A stretch of 64,000 nucleotides of DNA from an uncultured Oscillospiraceae bacterium (GTDB lineage: Bacteria; Bacillota; Clostridia; Oscillospirales; Oscillospiraceae). Made by a program: the position numbers and the translations under genes. Where the stretch lies: the NCBI GenBank assembly GCA_949935795.1, contig CATLFX010000008.1:8014-72013 (forward strand), in the 5' to 3' direction. Positions 1 to 10,009 of the stretch are shown in pieces (positions within the stretch are counted from its first letter, which is position 1; each line of letters opens with the position of its first letter). The notes under the pieces are model-generated. The model had not been told where the DNA came from, did not search any database, and saw nothing but the letters and a program-made list of their open reading frames with translations.

Positions 1-598
1 TGAGGGAAGCGCCGTTGGGGATGAACACCTCGTCCCCCCGCTCCACGGCGCACAGCAGCAGGGGCAGGCCCTGGATCTTGGAGGACAGGGAGGCCAGGGT
101 GCGGCCCGCCAGGAAGTCTCCCTCCTGGACGGTGAAGGACACCAGCTCCACCCGCCCCCGGGCGAAGGAGTCGATGTTGGCGGCGGAGGGGAAGCGCAGC
201 AGCCGTGAGATCTCAATGGCGGCGGTGAGCTCCGGGTTGATGAGCATGGTGATGCCAAAGTCGCTTTTCAGGGTGTCCAGATCGCTGACGTACTCGGTGC
301 CCCGGACACGGGCCACGGTGTAGGGCACGCCCAGGCGGTGCGCGATGTGACAGCACAGCAGGTTGATCTCGTCGGAGTCGGTGGCGGCAATGAGGACGTC
401 GGTCTCCTTGGCCCCCGCCTCCAGCAGCGCCTCCCGGGAGACGCAGTTCCCCTTCAGGCACATCACGTCCAGCTGGTTGGACAGCCGGTCCAGGGTGTCG
501 CCGGACACGTCCACAATGGTGACGCTGTGGCCCTCGTCCGCCAAATGCTCGGCCAGGGTGGCGCCCACCTTGCCGCCCCCCGCGATGATAATGGTCAA
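1..598 (-). CDS. trkA: Trk system potassium uptake protein TrkA (3' end outside window)
   Basis: Absent from the ORF track; manual translation from TTG at 598 gives MTIIIAGGGKVGATLAEHLADEGHSVTIVD...IAATDSDEINLLCC...ARVR...INPE (RCK_N NAD-binding motif). Confidence 0.9.
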   Translation of the reverse strand, partial: MTIIIAGGGKVGATLAEHLADEGHSVTIVDVSGDTLDRLSNQLDVMCLKGNCVSREALLEAGAKETDVLIAATDSDEINLLCCHIAHRLGVPYTVARVRGTEYVSDLDTLKSDFGITMLINPELTAAIEISRLLRFPSAANIDSFARGRVELVSFTVQEGDFLAGRTLASLSSKIQGLPLLLCAVERGDEVFIPNGASL

Positions 599-633
599 AA
601 CAAATCAACTCGTTTCATTTCAATAGTCGCGCC

Positions 634-1815
634 TCAGCGGGCCAGCCCCCTCTTTCGAGCGGCGGACAGCAGCCGCTCCAGGGCCGCGGACAGCACAGAC
701 CGGGGGCAGGCCAGATTCACCCGCTCAAAGCCCGGCGCGCCGAAGCCGGCGCCATGGCTCAGATACAGCAGGGCCTCGTCCTCCAAAAAGCGGGCCTGCT
801 CCTTGGGGTCCAGCCCCAGGGGGCGCAGGTCCATCCAGGCCAGATAGGTGCCCTCCAGCGGGGCCACAAAAACGCCGGGGAAGTGCTGTTCCATAAACGC
901 CCGGAGATACCGGTGGTTCTCCCCCACGTAGGCGATGAGCTCATCCAGCCAGGGGCCGCACTGCTCATAGCCCGCCTCCAGCGCCCGGACGCCGAAGATG
1001 CTGTAGGTGCCGCAGCCCGACCGCTCCACCTCCGCGTCCAGCGCGGCCTTTCTGTCCGGGTCCGGAACCAGCATGTTGGCACAGCACAGCCCGGCCAGGG
1101 AGAAGGTCTTGCTGCACGCGGTGCCGGTGACGGCGTTTTGGGCGTACCGCTCCCCCAGGGAGGCAAAGGGTATGTGGCGGAAGGGGGGCTGGATCAGATC
1201 GCAGTGGATCTCGTCGCTGATGACCAGCACATGGTTTTCCAGGCACAGGTCCCCCAGCCGCCGCAGCTCCTCTTCAGTCCACACCCGGCCCACTGGGTTG
1301 TGGGGGGAGCACAGGATCAGCGCGGTGACCTCGGGCCGGGCCAGCTTCTCCTCCAGGTCCTGGAAATCCATCTCGTACCGCCCGTTTTCCAGCCGCAGGG
1401 GGCTCTCTAACAGGGTGCGGCCGTTGTCCCGCACGGCGCGGAAAAAGGGCGGGTACACCGGGGGCTGGATGACGATGCCGTCCCCCGGCCTTGTCAGCGC
1501 CCGGACGGCGGCGTTCAGCCCCTGCACCACCCCGTTGACCCGGACCACCCACTCCCGCTGGATCTCCCAGCGGTGGCGGGAGGCCATCCAGCCGCGGAGG
1601 GCGTTAAAGTAGCGGTCTCCCCAGCCGGTGTAGCCCCACAGGCCGGAGCGGGCGGTATCCTCCAAGGCTTCGATGATGGCGGGGGGCGAGGCAAACTCCA
1701 TGTCCGCCACCGACAGGGGGACGATATCGGGGCTGAGGCCCGGCTTCATGAGATCCCATTTCTCCGCCTCCACGCCCACCCGGGCGGGGACGGCTCGGTC
1801 AAACTGACACTCCAT
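634..1815 (-). CDS. MalY/PatB family PLP-dependent cystathionine beta-lyase/aminotransferase
   Basis: Motifs LSVADMEF, LCSPHNPVGRVW, ISDEIHCD, SKTFSLAGL, EGTYLAWMD, RVNLACPRS. Confidence 0.9.
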   Translation of the reverse strand: MECQFDRAVPARVGVEAEKWDLMKPGLSPDIVPLSVADMEFASPPAIIEALEDTARSGLWGYTGWGDRYFNALRGWMASRHRWEIQREWVVRVNGVVQGLNAAVRALTRPGDGIVIQPPVYPPFFRAVRDNGRTLLESPLRLENGRYEMDFQDLEEKLARPEVTALILCSPHNPVGRVWTEEELRRLGDLCLENHVLVISDEIHCDLIQPPFRHIPFASLGERYAQNAVTGTACSKTFSLAGLCCANMLVPDPDRKAALDAEVERSGCGTYSIFGVRALEAGYEQCGPWLDELIAYVGENHRYLRAFMEQHFPGVFVAPLEGTYLAWMDLRPLGLDPKEQARFLEDEALLYLSHGAGFGAPGFERVNLACPRSVLSAALERLLSAARKRGLAR

Positions 1816-2043
1816 AGCGCGGCTCCTTTAATAATGTAATCGGCAGAGCTTCCGCCCTGAGGGCGGAGGGTATAAGTCAGGCACATTATAGCACCCTTTT
1901 CCCCAAGAGGCAACGGGGAGAAACGGCTTTTTGCCGTCAAAGGGGAAAACTGCCTCCAGTTTCCCCCGGTCTCTTGCGCGGGAAGGCGAAATGGGATATA
2001 CTGGACCAAAATGCAGGCGGGCAGTCCGAGGAGGAAGAAGGTT

Positions 2044-3282
2044 ATGAACGCTTTGAGACGGTGCTGGTGCAGGATTTTTCAGGGGGCATTCCGGCTGGCC
2101 ATCCCCCTGCTGCCCTACCGCAGGCCGGAGCGGCTGGCCGATGTGGCAGCCCTGCCCTCGCGGCTGGAGGCCCGGGGCTGCGGCAGCGTACTGATGGTCA
2201 CCAGCCCCAGCGTGGCCAAGCTGCCGGGGACCAGGCGGCTGCTGAGGGCGCTGGAGGAGGCGGGGATCGCCTGTACAGTCTATGACAGGACGGTCCCCAA
2301 TCCCACCACGGACACGGTGGAGGAGGCCCTGGCCCTCTATCGCCAGGGGAGCTGCCAAGCCATCATCGGCGTCGGCGGGGGCTCCAGCCTGGACTGCGCC
2401 AAAGCGGTGGGGGTGCGGGCGGTGCTGCCCCATAAGCCGCTGTCAAAAGCGGCGGGAGTGCTGAAGGTGCGCCGTCCCCTGCCGCCCCTGGCCGCCGTCC
2501 CCACCACTGCCGGGACGGGGAGCGAGACCACCATCGCCGCCGTCATCACCGACGCCCGCACCCGGCACAAGTACGCCATCAGCGATTTTCCCCTCATCCC
2601 GGACTACGCCGTGCTGGACCCGGAGATGACCCTCTCCCTGCCGCCCCACCTCACCGCCTCCACGGGGATGGACGCCCTGACCCACGCGGTGGAGGCCTTC
2701 ATCGGCCGCTCTGCCACCAGGGACACCCGGGAGGACGCTCTGGCGGCGGTGGAGCTGATTTTTCAAAACCTGGAGCGGGCGTACCGGGACGGCTCCGACC
2801 TTGAGGCCAGGCGGGCCCTGCTCACCGCCTCCTACCGGGCGGGGTGCGCCTTCACCAAGTCCTACGTGGGCTATGTCCACGCCGTGGCCCACTCCCTGGG
2901 CGGGGCGTACAATGTGGCCCACGGGTACGCCAACGCTGTCATCCTGCCCGTGGTGCTGCGGGCCTACGGTCCGGCCGTCTACCCCCAGCTGGCCCGGCTG
3001 GCCCGGGCGGCGGGGCTGGCCCAGCCTGGCATGGACGCTCAGGCCGCCGCCCTGGCCTTCATCGAGGGGGTAGAGGGGCTGAAAGCCCGGTGCGGCATCG
3101 GCTCCGCCATCCCGGAGCTGCGCCGGGAGGACATCCCCGCCCTGGCCCGCTGTGCCGGCCGGGAGGCCAACCCTCTCTACCCGGTGCCGGTACTGATGGA
3201 CGCCGGGGAACTGGAGCAAATCTATTTTCAACTGCTCCAGGGACCTTTTGCCCGGGGACGGGGCGTTATTTCAGAGAGTTAA
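2044..3282 (+). CDS. Iron-containing alcohol dehydrogenase
   Basis: Motifs GGGSSLD, PTTAGTGSE, GMDALTHAVE, HAVAH, HG; start moved to ATG 2044 after GAGGAAGAAGG. Confidence 0.9.
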   Translation: MNALRRCWCRIFQGAFRLAIPLLPYRRPERLADVAALPSRLEARGCGSVLMVTSPSVAKLPGTRRLLRALEEAGIACTVYDRTVPNPTTDTVEEALALYRQGSCQAIIGVGGGSSLDCAKAVGVRAVLPHKPLSKAAGVLKVRRPLPPLAAVPTTAGTGSETTIAAVITDARTRHKYAISDFPLIPDYAVLDPEMTLSLPPHLTASTGMDALTHAVEAFIGRSATRDTREDALAAVELIFQNLERAYRDGSDLEARRALLTASYRAGCAFTKSYVGYVHAVAHSLGGAYNVAHGYANAVILPVVLRAYGPAVYPQLARLARAAGLAQPGMDAQAAALAFIEGVEGLKARCGIGSAIPELRREDIPALARCAGREANPLYPVPVLMDAGELEQIYFQLLQGPFARGRGVISES

Positions 3283-3398
3283 TTTTTCTCCTTTTTAGGA
3301 AATGACGAAATAGGACAAAAATTTTGCGAGAAAGTTGTAGAAAATGCACACATTTTTCTGGGACCATGCCGAAAAATATGAAACTTTTGGAAATTTTC

Positions 3399-3427
3399 TT
3401 GACACAAGGGGGTTTTGGGCGTATACT
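3399..3427 (+). promoter_or_regulatory. SigA-type promoter upstream of the RpiR regulator
   Basis: TTGACA-17 bp-TATACT in an AT-rich intergenic region. Confidence 0.7.
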
Positions 3428-3615
3428 CAATGTAAAGAAAAGGAAGGTTTTTACTTTTTTGATTTTTGAATGAACGTCCAGGCCACACGTGACCCACCGG
3501 ATATGGCGGCGGTACGCCGCCCAGGCAGGAGAGCACGGCGGCAGGGGCGTTTTTTTCAGAGGCAGGCGGCCCTCCCGTTACGCGGGCGGGCGCGGTTGGA
3601 GAGGGGAGAGGGACC

Positions 3616-4479
3616 ATGAAAAGCGCTCTGCTCCGGCTGAGCGAGAGCCAAAACTCCATGAGCACCACTGAGCGGGCCGTCTGCGACTATCTGCTCAGCC
3701 ATCAGGGGGAGGCCATGGGGCTGTCCATTCACCAGCTGGCGGAGAAGACCTTTGCCTCCCCGTCCACCATCATCCGCATGTGCCAGCGCATCGGCTTCGC
3801 GGGCTACAAGGAATTCCGCCAGGCGGTGACCTGCGAGGTGGCGGTGCGCCGGATGAACCGGGGGCAGGAACGCCGGGAGATCACCCAGTCCGACAGCCTG
3901 GACGACATTGTGGACAAGGTGACCTACAAAAACATCATGTCTCTGGAGGACAGCAAAAACTTCATCGACACCGACACCCTCCAGCACTGCGTGGACCTGC
4001 TGCGGGAATCCCGGACGGTGCTGCTGTTCGGCCTGGGAACCTCCCTGTGCGCCGCCCGGGACCTGAATTTGAAGCTCCTGGGGCTGAACAAGCCCTGCGT
4101 GGTCAACGACGACTGGCACGCCCAGCTGTTACAGGCCAAGAACGCCTACAAGGACGACCTGGCCATCGTGGTGTCCTACTCCGGGGAGACGCTGGAGGTC
4201 ATTGAGTGCATGAAAGCCCTGCGGGAGCAGGGCACCCCCATCATCGCCATCACCCGCCACATGTCCTCCCCGGTGGTGGAGCTGTCCGATTACCGCCTGT
4301 ACACCACCGACGACGGGTTTGCCTTCTGCGGCGGGGCCATGTCCTCCCACGTCTCCCAGCTGAACATCATTGACATTCTGTTTACCGCCTACGCCAACAG
4401 CGAGTACGAGTACTGTCTGGGCCAGCTGTCCAGAACCCTCATCGCCCCGGCGGCGGCCCGCAAGCTGGGAACCGCCTGA
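3616..4479 (+). CDS. RpiR/MurR family transcriptional regulator (HTH + SIS)
   Basis: SIHQLAEKTFASPSTIIRMCQRIGFAGYKEF HTH; FGLGTS and SYSGET SIS motifs. Confidence 0.9.
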   Translation: MKSALLRLSESQNSMSTTERAVCDYLLSHQGEAMGLSIHQLAEKTFASPSTIIRMCQRIGFAGYKEFRQAVTCEVAVRRMNRGQERREITQSDSLDDIVDKVTYKNIMSLEDSKNFIDTDTLQHCVDLLRESRTVLLFGLGTSLCAARDLNLKLLGLNKPCVVNDDWHAQLLQAKNAYKDDLAIVVSYSGETLEVIECMKALREQGTPIIAITRHMSSPVVELSDYRLYTTDDGFAFCGGAMSSHVSQLNIIDILFTAYANSEYEYCLGQLSRTLIAPAAARKLGTA

Positions 4480-4496
4480 TATCGCTGTGAATTTGT

Positions 4497-4538
4497 AAAA
4501 AAGCCCGGACGCTCTCCCAAAGCGTTCGGGCTTTTTCC
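4497..4538 (+). terminator. Intrinsic terminator after the RpiR gene
   Basis: AAAAAGCCCGGACGCT...AGCGTTCGGGCTTTTT inverted repeat with T tract. Confidence 0.7.
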
Positions 4539-4598
4539 TTGCCAACGGGCCGGTTTTCCTGTATACTGGTGGCACTACAGAATCCGGGAGAGAAACCA

Positions 4599-5303
4599 AT
4601 GGAAATCAAAAACGTACTGTTCGACCTGGACGGCACCCTGCTGCCCATGGACATGGAGGAGTTCACCAACGGCTACTTCGGGTTGCTGACCGAGAAGATG
4701 GCCCCCCGGGGCTATGACCCTGAAGCGCTCATCGGCGCGGTCTGGGCGGGCACCGCCGCCATGGTAAAGAACGACGGGAGCCGCACCAATGAGGACGCCT
4801 TCTGGGCCAAATTTGCCCAGCTCTTTGGAGCAGAGGCCCTGGCGGACCAGCCTCTGTTTGAATCGTTTTACGCCAACGAGTTCCAGCGGGCCAGGCAGTT
4901 CTGCGGGTACGACTCCCTGGCGGCCCAGGCCGTGCGGACCATCAAGGCGTCGGGACGGCGGGTGGTGCTGGCCACCAATCCCATTTTCCCCGCCGCGGCC
5001 ACCCGGAGCCGCCTGAGCTGGGCAGGGCTGGAGCCCGCCGACTTTGAGCTGGTCACCACCTACGAGAACAGCCGGTACTGCAAGCCCAATGTCAGCTACT
5101 ACCGGGAGATCCTGGACCGGCTGGGCCTGCGGGGGGAGGACTGCCTCATGGTGGGCAACGACATGACGGAGGACACGGCGGCGGCTGAACTGGGGATGCA
5201 GGTGTTCCTCATCACCAGCTGCCTCATCAACAAGGAGGGGAAGGACGTAAACGCCTGGCCCCACGGCGGTTTTGACGATCTGATCCGGTTTGTGTGCGGA
5301 TAG
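4599..5303 (+). CDS. HAD superfamily hydrolase
   Basis: Motif I FDLDGTLL, LATNP, KP, MVGND...D; own promoter TTGCCA-17-TATACT at 4539-4567. Confidence 0.88.
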   Translation: MEIKNVLFDLDGTLLPMDMEEFTNGYFGLLTEKMAPRGYDPEALIGAVWAGTAAMVKNDGSRTNEDAFWAKFAQLFGAEALADQPLFESFYANEFQRARQFCGYDSLAAQAVRTIKASGRRVVLATNPIFPAAATRSRLSWAGLEPADFELVTTYENSRYCKPNVSYYREILDRLGLRGEDCLMVGNDMTEDTAAAELGMQVFLITSCLINKEGKDVNAWPHGGFDDLIRFVCG

Positions 5304-5321
5304 CCAGGGAGGCGCCCAGCC

Positions 5322-6173
5322 ATGGATGATTTTTCTTTTTCGGTCTTTCCCAACGAGAATTTTCTGGACCTGCGGCTGTTCCAGTTCGGCTGGGAGCAGT
5401 GCGCCCCGCTGCACTCCTTCGGGCCCTTCGTGCGCAACCACTTTTTGTTCCACTATGTGATTTCCGGCAAGGGCTGCCTGGACGCCGACGACGCCAAAGG
5501 GGTCACCCGGCGGTATCACCTGAAAGCGGGCCAGGGCTTCCTCATCTGCCCGGGCCTGGTGAACACCTATTTCGCCGACCAGCGCGACCCCTGGAAGTAC
5601 GTCTGGCTGGAGTTCGACGGCCTGCGGGCGCCCCAGTACCTCAACGCCGCCGGGCTCTCCGCCGCCCAGCCCATCTACCAGTCCAAGGCCCCCGCCCTGG
5701 CCAAGCCGGTGGAGGAGTCCATGCTGTATATCGCCGATCACGCCAAGGCCTCCACCCTGAACCTCATCGGCCACCTGTGCCTGTTTCTGGACGCGCTGAT
5801 CCAGTCCTCCGCCACCCGGCGGGAGGTGTGGGGGGCCCGCCTCCAGGACTTCTACATCCAGGAGGCGGTGACCTTCATGGAGCACAATTATCAGCGGGAG
5901 CTGACGGTGGAGGAGGTGGCGGATGTCTGCAAGCTCAACCGGAGCTACTTCAGCAAGCTGTTCAAGGAGAGCATGGGCTGTCCGCCCCAGGAGTTTTTGA
6001 TCCGCCTGCGGCTGTCCAAGGCAGCGGAGCAGATGAAGAGCACCAAGGCCCCCATTGGGGAGATTGCCGCGCTCTGCGGCTACCCCAACCAGCTCCACTT
6101 CTCCCGGGCCTTCAAAAAACGGTACGGCGTCTCCCCCAGGGAGTGGCGCATTCAGAACAAGGGCCGGGACTGA
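5322..6173 (+). CDS. AraC family transcriptional regulator (MsmR-like)
   Basis: N-terminal cupin (HSFGP..R.HFLFHYVISGKG); C-terminal double HTH (IAALCGYPNQLHFSRAFKKRYGVSPREWR). Confidence 0.9.
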   Translation: MDDFSFSVFPNENFLDLRLFQFGWEQCAPLHSFGPFVRNHFLFHYVISGKGCLDADDAKGVTRRYHLKAGQGFLICPGLVNTYFADQRDPWKYVWLEFDGLRAPQYLNAAGLSAAQPIYQSKAPALAKPVEESMLYIADHAKASTLNLIGHLCLFLDALIQSSATRREVWGARLQDFYIQEAVTFMEHNYQRELTVEEVADVCKLNRSYFSKLFKESMGCPPQEFLIRLRLSKAAEQMKSTKAPIGEIAALCGYPNQLHFSRAFKKRYGVSPREWRIQNKGRD

Positions 6174-6210
6174 TCCCCTTCAACCGTCCCGGCATAGAAA
6201 GGAGCAGACT

Positions 6211-7119
6211 ATGAAGCTGATCGACGCCCACGCCCATGTGGTCCAGTGCATCGCCGGCACCGGCTCCCAGGGGGAGCTGCGCCCCTGCGGCGGGGGGCGG
6301 GCGGCCTACCCCACCGGCCAGTCCTTTCAGATTCTCCCGCCGGAGTTCGGCGAATACAACGCCCCGCCGGAGGCCCTGCTGCGGGTGATGGACGCCCACG
6401 GCGTGGAAAAGGCGGTGCTCCTCCAGGGGAACTACTTCGGTTTTCAGAACCTGTACACCTGGGAGGCGGCGCGGACCTGGCCGGACCGCTTCGCAGGCGC
6501 AGCGTCCTATGACCCCTTCTCCCTCCAGGCGGACAAGATCAAGGCCCACCTGTTTGACGAGCTGGGCTTCCGCATCGTCAAATTCGAGGTGAGCGCCGGG
6601 TCCGGCCTGATGGCCAACCACCCGGCTGTGGACCTGGACGGGGAGGTCATGCACCGGGAATACCGCTACGCGGCGGACCGGGATTTGATCTTTGTCATCG
6701 ACGTCGGCAAGCCCCGCAGCGTAAGCTGGCAGGTGGACGCCCTGGCCCGGGCCGTCGCCCGCTATCCCGACCTGCGGTTCGTGGTGTGCCACCTGCTCTC
6801 CCCCCAGCTGGAAGACGGTGAGCTGCTCCGCCGCTCCCTGGACAAGCTGGCCCTGCCCAACGTGTGGTTCGACCTGGCGGCGCTGTGCCTGAACTCCAGG
6901 CCGGAAACCTACCCCTACCCCACCGCCCGGGGCTATGTCAAGGACGCGGTGGACATCGTGGGGGCGGACCGCCTGCTGTGGGGCAGCGACATGCCCTCGG
7001 CCATGACCCGGGACACCTACCGGCACTTCATCGACTTTATCGCCCTCCACCCCGGGCTCAGCGGCCAGGAGAAGGACAAGATTCTATACGATAACGCGGA
7101 GGGGCTCTTTTTCGCCTAG
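6211..7119 (+). CDS. Amidohydrolase_2 family metallohydrolase
   Basis: IDAHAH, VVCHL, NVWFD, DRLLWGSDMP, KILYDNA; RBS AAAGGAG before ATG 6211. Confidence 0.85.
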   Translation: MKLIDAHAHVVQCIAGTGSQGELRPCGGGRAAYPTGQSFQILPPEFGEYNAPPEALLRVMDAHGVEKAVLLQGNYFGFQNLYTWEAARTWPDRFAGAASYDPFSLQADKIKAHLFDELGFRIVKFEVSAGSGLMANHPAVDLDGEVMHREYRYAADRDLIFVIDVGKPRSVSWQVDALARAVARYPDLRFVVCHLLSPQLEDGELLRRSLDKLALPNVWFDLAALCLNSRPETYPYPTARGYVKDAVDIVGADRLLWGSDMPSAMTRDTYRHFIDFIALHPGLSGQEKDKILYDNAEGLFFA

Positions 7120-7136
7120 CAGCGTTCATTGGACAG

Positions 7137-7169
7137 AAAACGGGAGAGACCGCCGTCTCTCCCGTTTTT
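7137..7169. terminator. Bidirectional terminator between convergent genes
   Basis: AAAACGGGAGAGAC-CGCC-GTCTCTCCCGTTTT perfect inverted repeat. Confidence 0.8.
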
Positions 7170-8024
7170 TCATACCTCCGCGTACAGCCGCTCCAGAAAC
7201 TCCCTGGCCTGTACCGCGTTGCTGTTGTCGGTGTTCTCCAGAGTTGCCTGGATGTAGGGCTTTCGCTCCTTCATAAACCGCAGGATCTGGGTATAGTCCA
7301 TCTCGCCCGTGCCGGCGGCGATGCTGCGCAGGCCGTCCCCCTCCCGGACAAAATCCTTCAGGTGGACCACCGCCACGTGCTCCCCCAGCTTGTCGATGGC
7401 GCCGCCGATGACCCGCTCCCTCTGGTCCGCGTTTCCGAGATCCAGCAGGTTCACCGGGTCCAGAATGATGCGCAGGTTGGGGCTCTTGATGGCCTCCAGC
7501 ACCTTCACGGCCCGGTCCGCGTCGTAGACGATGTGCTTCCACACCGGCTCGATGGCCACCGATACGCCCCAGTGCTCGGCACACTCCACCACCGGGGCCA
7601 GCCCGCGGATGAAGGACTCCAGCGCCTCCCGCGTGTGGGTGTTGGCGTCCATTTTGTACTCCGGGTTGGGGGCCCCTGTCTCCGTGCCCACCACACCGGC
7701 CCCCATGAGGGCGGCCACCCGCAGATGGCCGTAATAGCGGCTCTGGATGTCCTTTAATTTCTCCGGGTCCGGGTGGGCCAGGTTCAGGTAACACCCCAGT
7801 ACCGCCACGTCCAGCCCGTTTTGGGCAAAGACCCGCTTGGCGTGCATGGCAAGGCCCTCGTTGAGGGCGCAGTTGTCAAAGGCCGCGCCCTTGATAACCT
7901 TGGAAAAGGCCAGATGGACGCAGGAAAATCCCTCCGTCCGGGCGGTCTCCGCCCGGGCCTCCATGGTCTGGAGCTCCGGGCCCAGGCCCGTATTCACGTC
8001 GTGCAATCTGATGCCGATCTGCAT
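7170..8024 (-). CDS. Sugar phosphate isomerase/epimerase (xylose isomerase-like TIM barrel)
   Basis: Metal-ligand pattern AIEP...ILDPVN...VHLKD...GTGEMDY...TLE; RBS GGAGG before ATG 8024. Confidence 0.82.
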   Translation of the reverse strand: MQIGIRLHDVNTGLGPELQTMEARAETARTEGFSCVHLAFSKVIKGAAFDNCALNEGLAMHAKRVFAQNGLDVAVLGCYLNLAHPDPEKLKDIQSRYYGHLRVAALMGAGVVGTETGAPNPEYKMDANTHTREALESFIRGLAPVVECAEHWGVSVAIEPVWKHIVYDADRAVKVLEAIKSPNLRIILDPVNLLDLGNADQRERVIGGAIDKLGEHVAVVHLKDFVREGDGLRSIAAGTGEMDYTQILRFMKERKPYIQATLENTDNSNAVQAREFLERLYAEV

Positions 8025-8076
8025 AGTAATTCCTCCATAAAAATGGGGTACAGAACCTGTACCCCATTTTGAGCTA

Positions 8077-8859
8077 TTATGGTGTATACCGGAATTGCCG
8101 GTTGAGCCAGGCCTTACACAGGGGAACCCAGGCCCGGCAGGCCTCCTCCGGCGTCTCCGCCTCCTGGGTGCAGGTGGAGATGCCGTGGCCCCCGGAGCCA
8201 AACAGGTGGTACTCCACAGGCACCCGGTGCTTTTTCAGCTCCACAGCCAGCAACAGGCTGTTTTCCGGCGGCACGCTCTCATCCTCCCCGCCGTGCCACA
8301 AAAAGGTGGGCGGGAAGTCCCCGGTCACCCGGTCCCACAGGTGCAGCTTTTCCCGGACGGCCTGGTCCCCGCCGGACACCCACTGGGCGGACTCCTGGTG
8401 GGCGAACTCCCCCTTAGTGGCGATCACCGGGTAGCACAGCACCAGGGCGTCCGCCCTGGACCATGCGGGGAGCTTCAGCTCTGGGTCGTTCCACAGCGCC
8501 CCCAGGCTGGCCGCCAGATGGCCTCCGGCGGAAAAGCCCAGCACAGCGATTTTATCCGGGTCAATGCGCCAGGCCTCGTGGTTCCGGCGCAGCCCGCACA
8601 CCGCCTGGGCCAGCTCCCACAGGGGGCGGTAGCCTCCGGCCTCCTCCCCGCAGGAGTACTCCACCACGAACACCTGATACCCCATGGATAGAAATTCCAG
8701 GACGGGGGAGTCCTTTTCCCGGGGGGAGCGCCAGCGGTAGGCCCCGCCGGGGCAAACCACCAGGGCTGGGCGGGTCTTGTGGGCGGACAGCGTGTCGTAG
8801 TCGTCCCAGAGATACCCCTTCACCTGAGCGCCAAGGGCTTGAAATGTGACAACCTCCAT
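8077..8859 (-). CDS. Alpha/beta hydrolase, probable carbohydrate (acetyl)esterase
   Basis: CPGGAY oxyanion motif, GFSAGG nucleophile, D.SVP, GGHG; lies in the pectin operon. Confidence 0.8.
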   Translation of the reverse strand: MEVVTFQALGAQVKGYLWDDYDTLSAHKTRPALVVCPGGAYRWRSPREKDSPVLEFLSMGYQVFVVEYSCGEEAGGYRPLWELAQAVCGLRRNHEAWRIDPDKIAVLGFSAGGHLAASLGALWNDPELKLPAWSRADALVLCYPVIATKGEFAHQESAQWVSGGDQAVREKLHLWDRVTGDFPPTFLWHGGEDESVPPENSLLLAVELKKHRVPVEYHLFGSGGHGISTCTQEAETPEEACRAWVPLCKAWLNRQFRYTP

Positions 8860-8862
8860 GGG

Positions 8863-9963
8863 TCAGCGGCTCTGGACCGGGACTTTTTCGATAACCCGCT
8901 CCGTCTCTCCGTCAAAGAGGTACACATCCGCGAAGGGGATGGAGAAGGTGATCTCGCTGTCGATGTCCGGGGTGTCGTGGGGGTCCACCTTGAGGATGGC
9001 CTTGTCCTCCCCGGCGGTGATGTACACATTGGTGTTATCTCCCAGCATCTCGGTCAGCTCCACCTGGGCTTTAAGGTGGCAGGCGTTGTCCTGGTCCCCC
9101 AGGGAGATGGCCTCGGGCCGGAAGCCGAAAACGATCTCCCTGTCCTCGTACTGGCCCGCCTTCGCTCCCAGCCGGGCGGCCACATCCAGGATGTTGTCCC
9201 CGAAGGGAATCTTTCCGCCCTTCACCGTGCCCCGGATGAAATTCATGGGGGGCTCGCCGATGAATCCGGCCACAAACACGTTGACGGGGTCGTGGTACAG
9301 CTCATAGGGCGTGCCGATCTGCTGGACATAGCCGTCCTTCATCACCACGATGCGGTCGGCCAGGGTCATGGCCTCGGTCTGGTCGTGGGTGACGTAGATG
9401 GTGGTGGCCCCGGTCTCCCGGTGGATCTGGGCGATCTCGGAGCGCATGGTGACGCGCTGCTTGGCGTCCAGGTTGGACAGGGGTTCGTCCATGAGGAACA
9501 CGCCCACCTTGCGGATGATGGCCCGGCCGATGGCCACACGCTGGCGCTGGCCGCCGGACAGGGCCCGGGGCAGACGGTCCAGGTAGTCGGTGAGGCCCAG
9601 GATGGCGGCGGTTTTTTTCACCTTCTCCTCGATGACCTCCTCGTCCACCCCCTGGAGGGTGAGGCCGAAGGCGATGTTGTCAAACACCGTCATCTGAGGG
9701 TAGAGGGCGTAGCTCTGGAACACCATGGCCACCTCCCGCTCCCGGGGGCCCAGCTCGTTGGCCCGCTTCCCGTCGATGAGGAATTCGCCGTTGGAGATGT
9801 CCTCCAGCCCGGCGATCATCCGCAGGGTGGTGGACTTGCCGCAGCCGGAGGGACCGACAAAAACGATGAACTCCCCTTTGTCGATCTCCAGATTGAAATT
9901 GTGGACGGCGTGGTAGCCGTTGGGGTAGATCTTATTGATATCCTTCAGGGTCAAGTACGCCAT
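8863..9963 (-). CDS. Carbohydrate ABC transporter ATP-binding protein (MalK/MsmK type), copy 2
   Basis: GPSGCGKST, LSGGQRQRVA, DEPLSNLDAK, VTHDQ; TOBE-like C-terminus. Confidence 0.93.
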   Translation of the reverse strand: MAYLTLKDINKIYPNGYHAVHNFNLEIDKGEFIVFVGPSGCGKSTTLRMIAGLEDISNGEFLIDGKRANELGPREREVAMVFQSYALYPQMTVFDNIAFGLTLQGVDEEVIEEKVKKTAAILGLTDYLDRLPRALSGGQRQRVAIGRAIIRKVGVFLMDEPLSNLDAKQRVTMRSEIAQIHRETGATTIYVTHDQTEAMTLADRIVVMKDGYVQQIGTPYELYHDPVNVFVAGFIGEPPMNFIRGTVKGGKIPFGDNILDVAARLGAKAGQYEDREIVFGFRPEAISLGDQDNACHLKAQVELTEMLGDNTNVYITAGEDKAILKVDPHDTPDIDSEITFSIPFADVYLFDGETERVIEKVPVQSR

Positions 9964-10009
9964 AGTCTTTGTCTCCTTATCCGTCGATTTCCCATCCCGG
10001 CCGGGGCGT

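Noticed and set aside
1830-1890. Hairpin in the patB leader as a possible S-box or T-box
   Set aside because: The leader is too short and has no recognisable conserved riboswitch motif.
3470-3619. 49-codon upstream ORF whose stop overlaps the RpiR start (ATGA)
   Set aside because: No RBS at normal spacing and an Arg/Gly-rich composition typical of chance ORFs; no riboswitch recognised in the leader.
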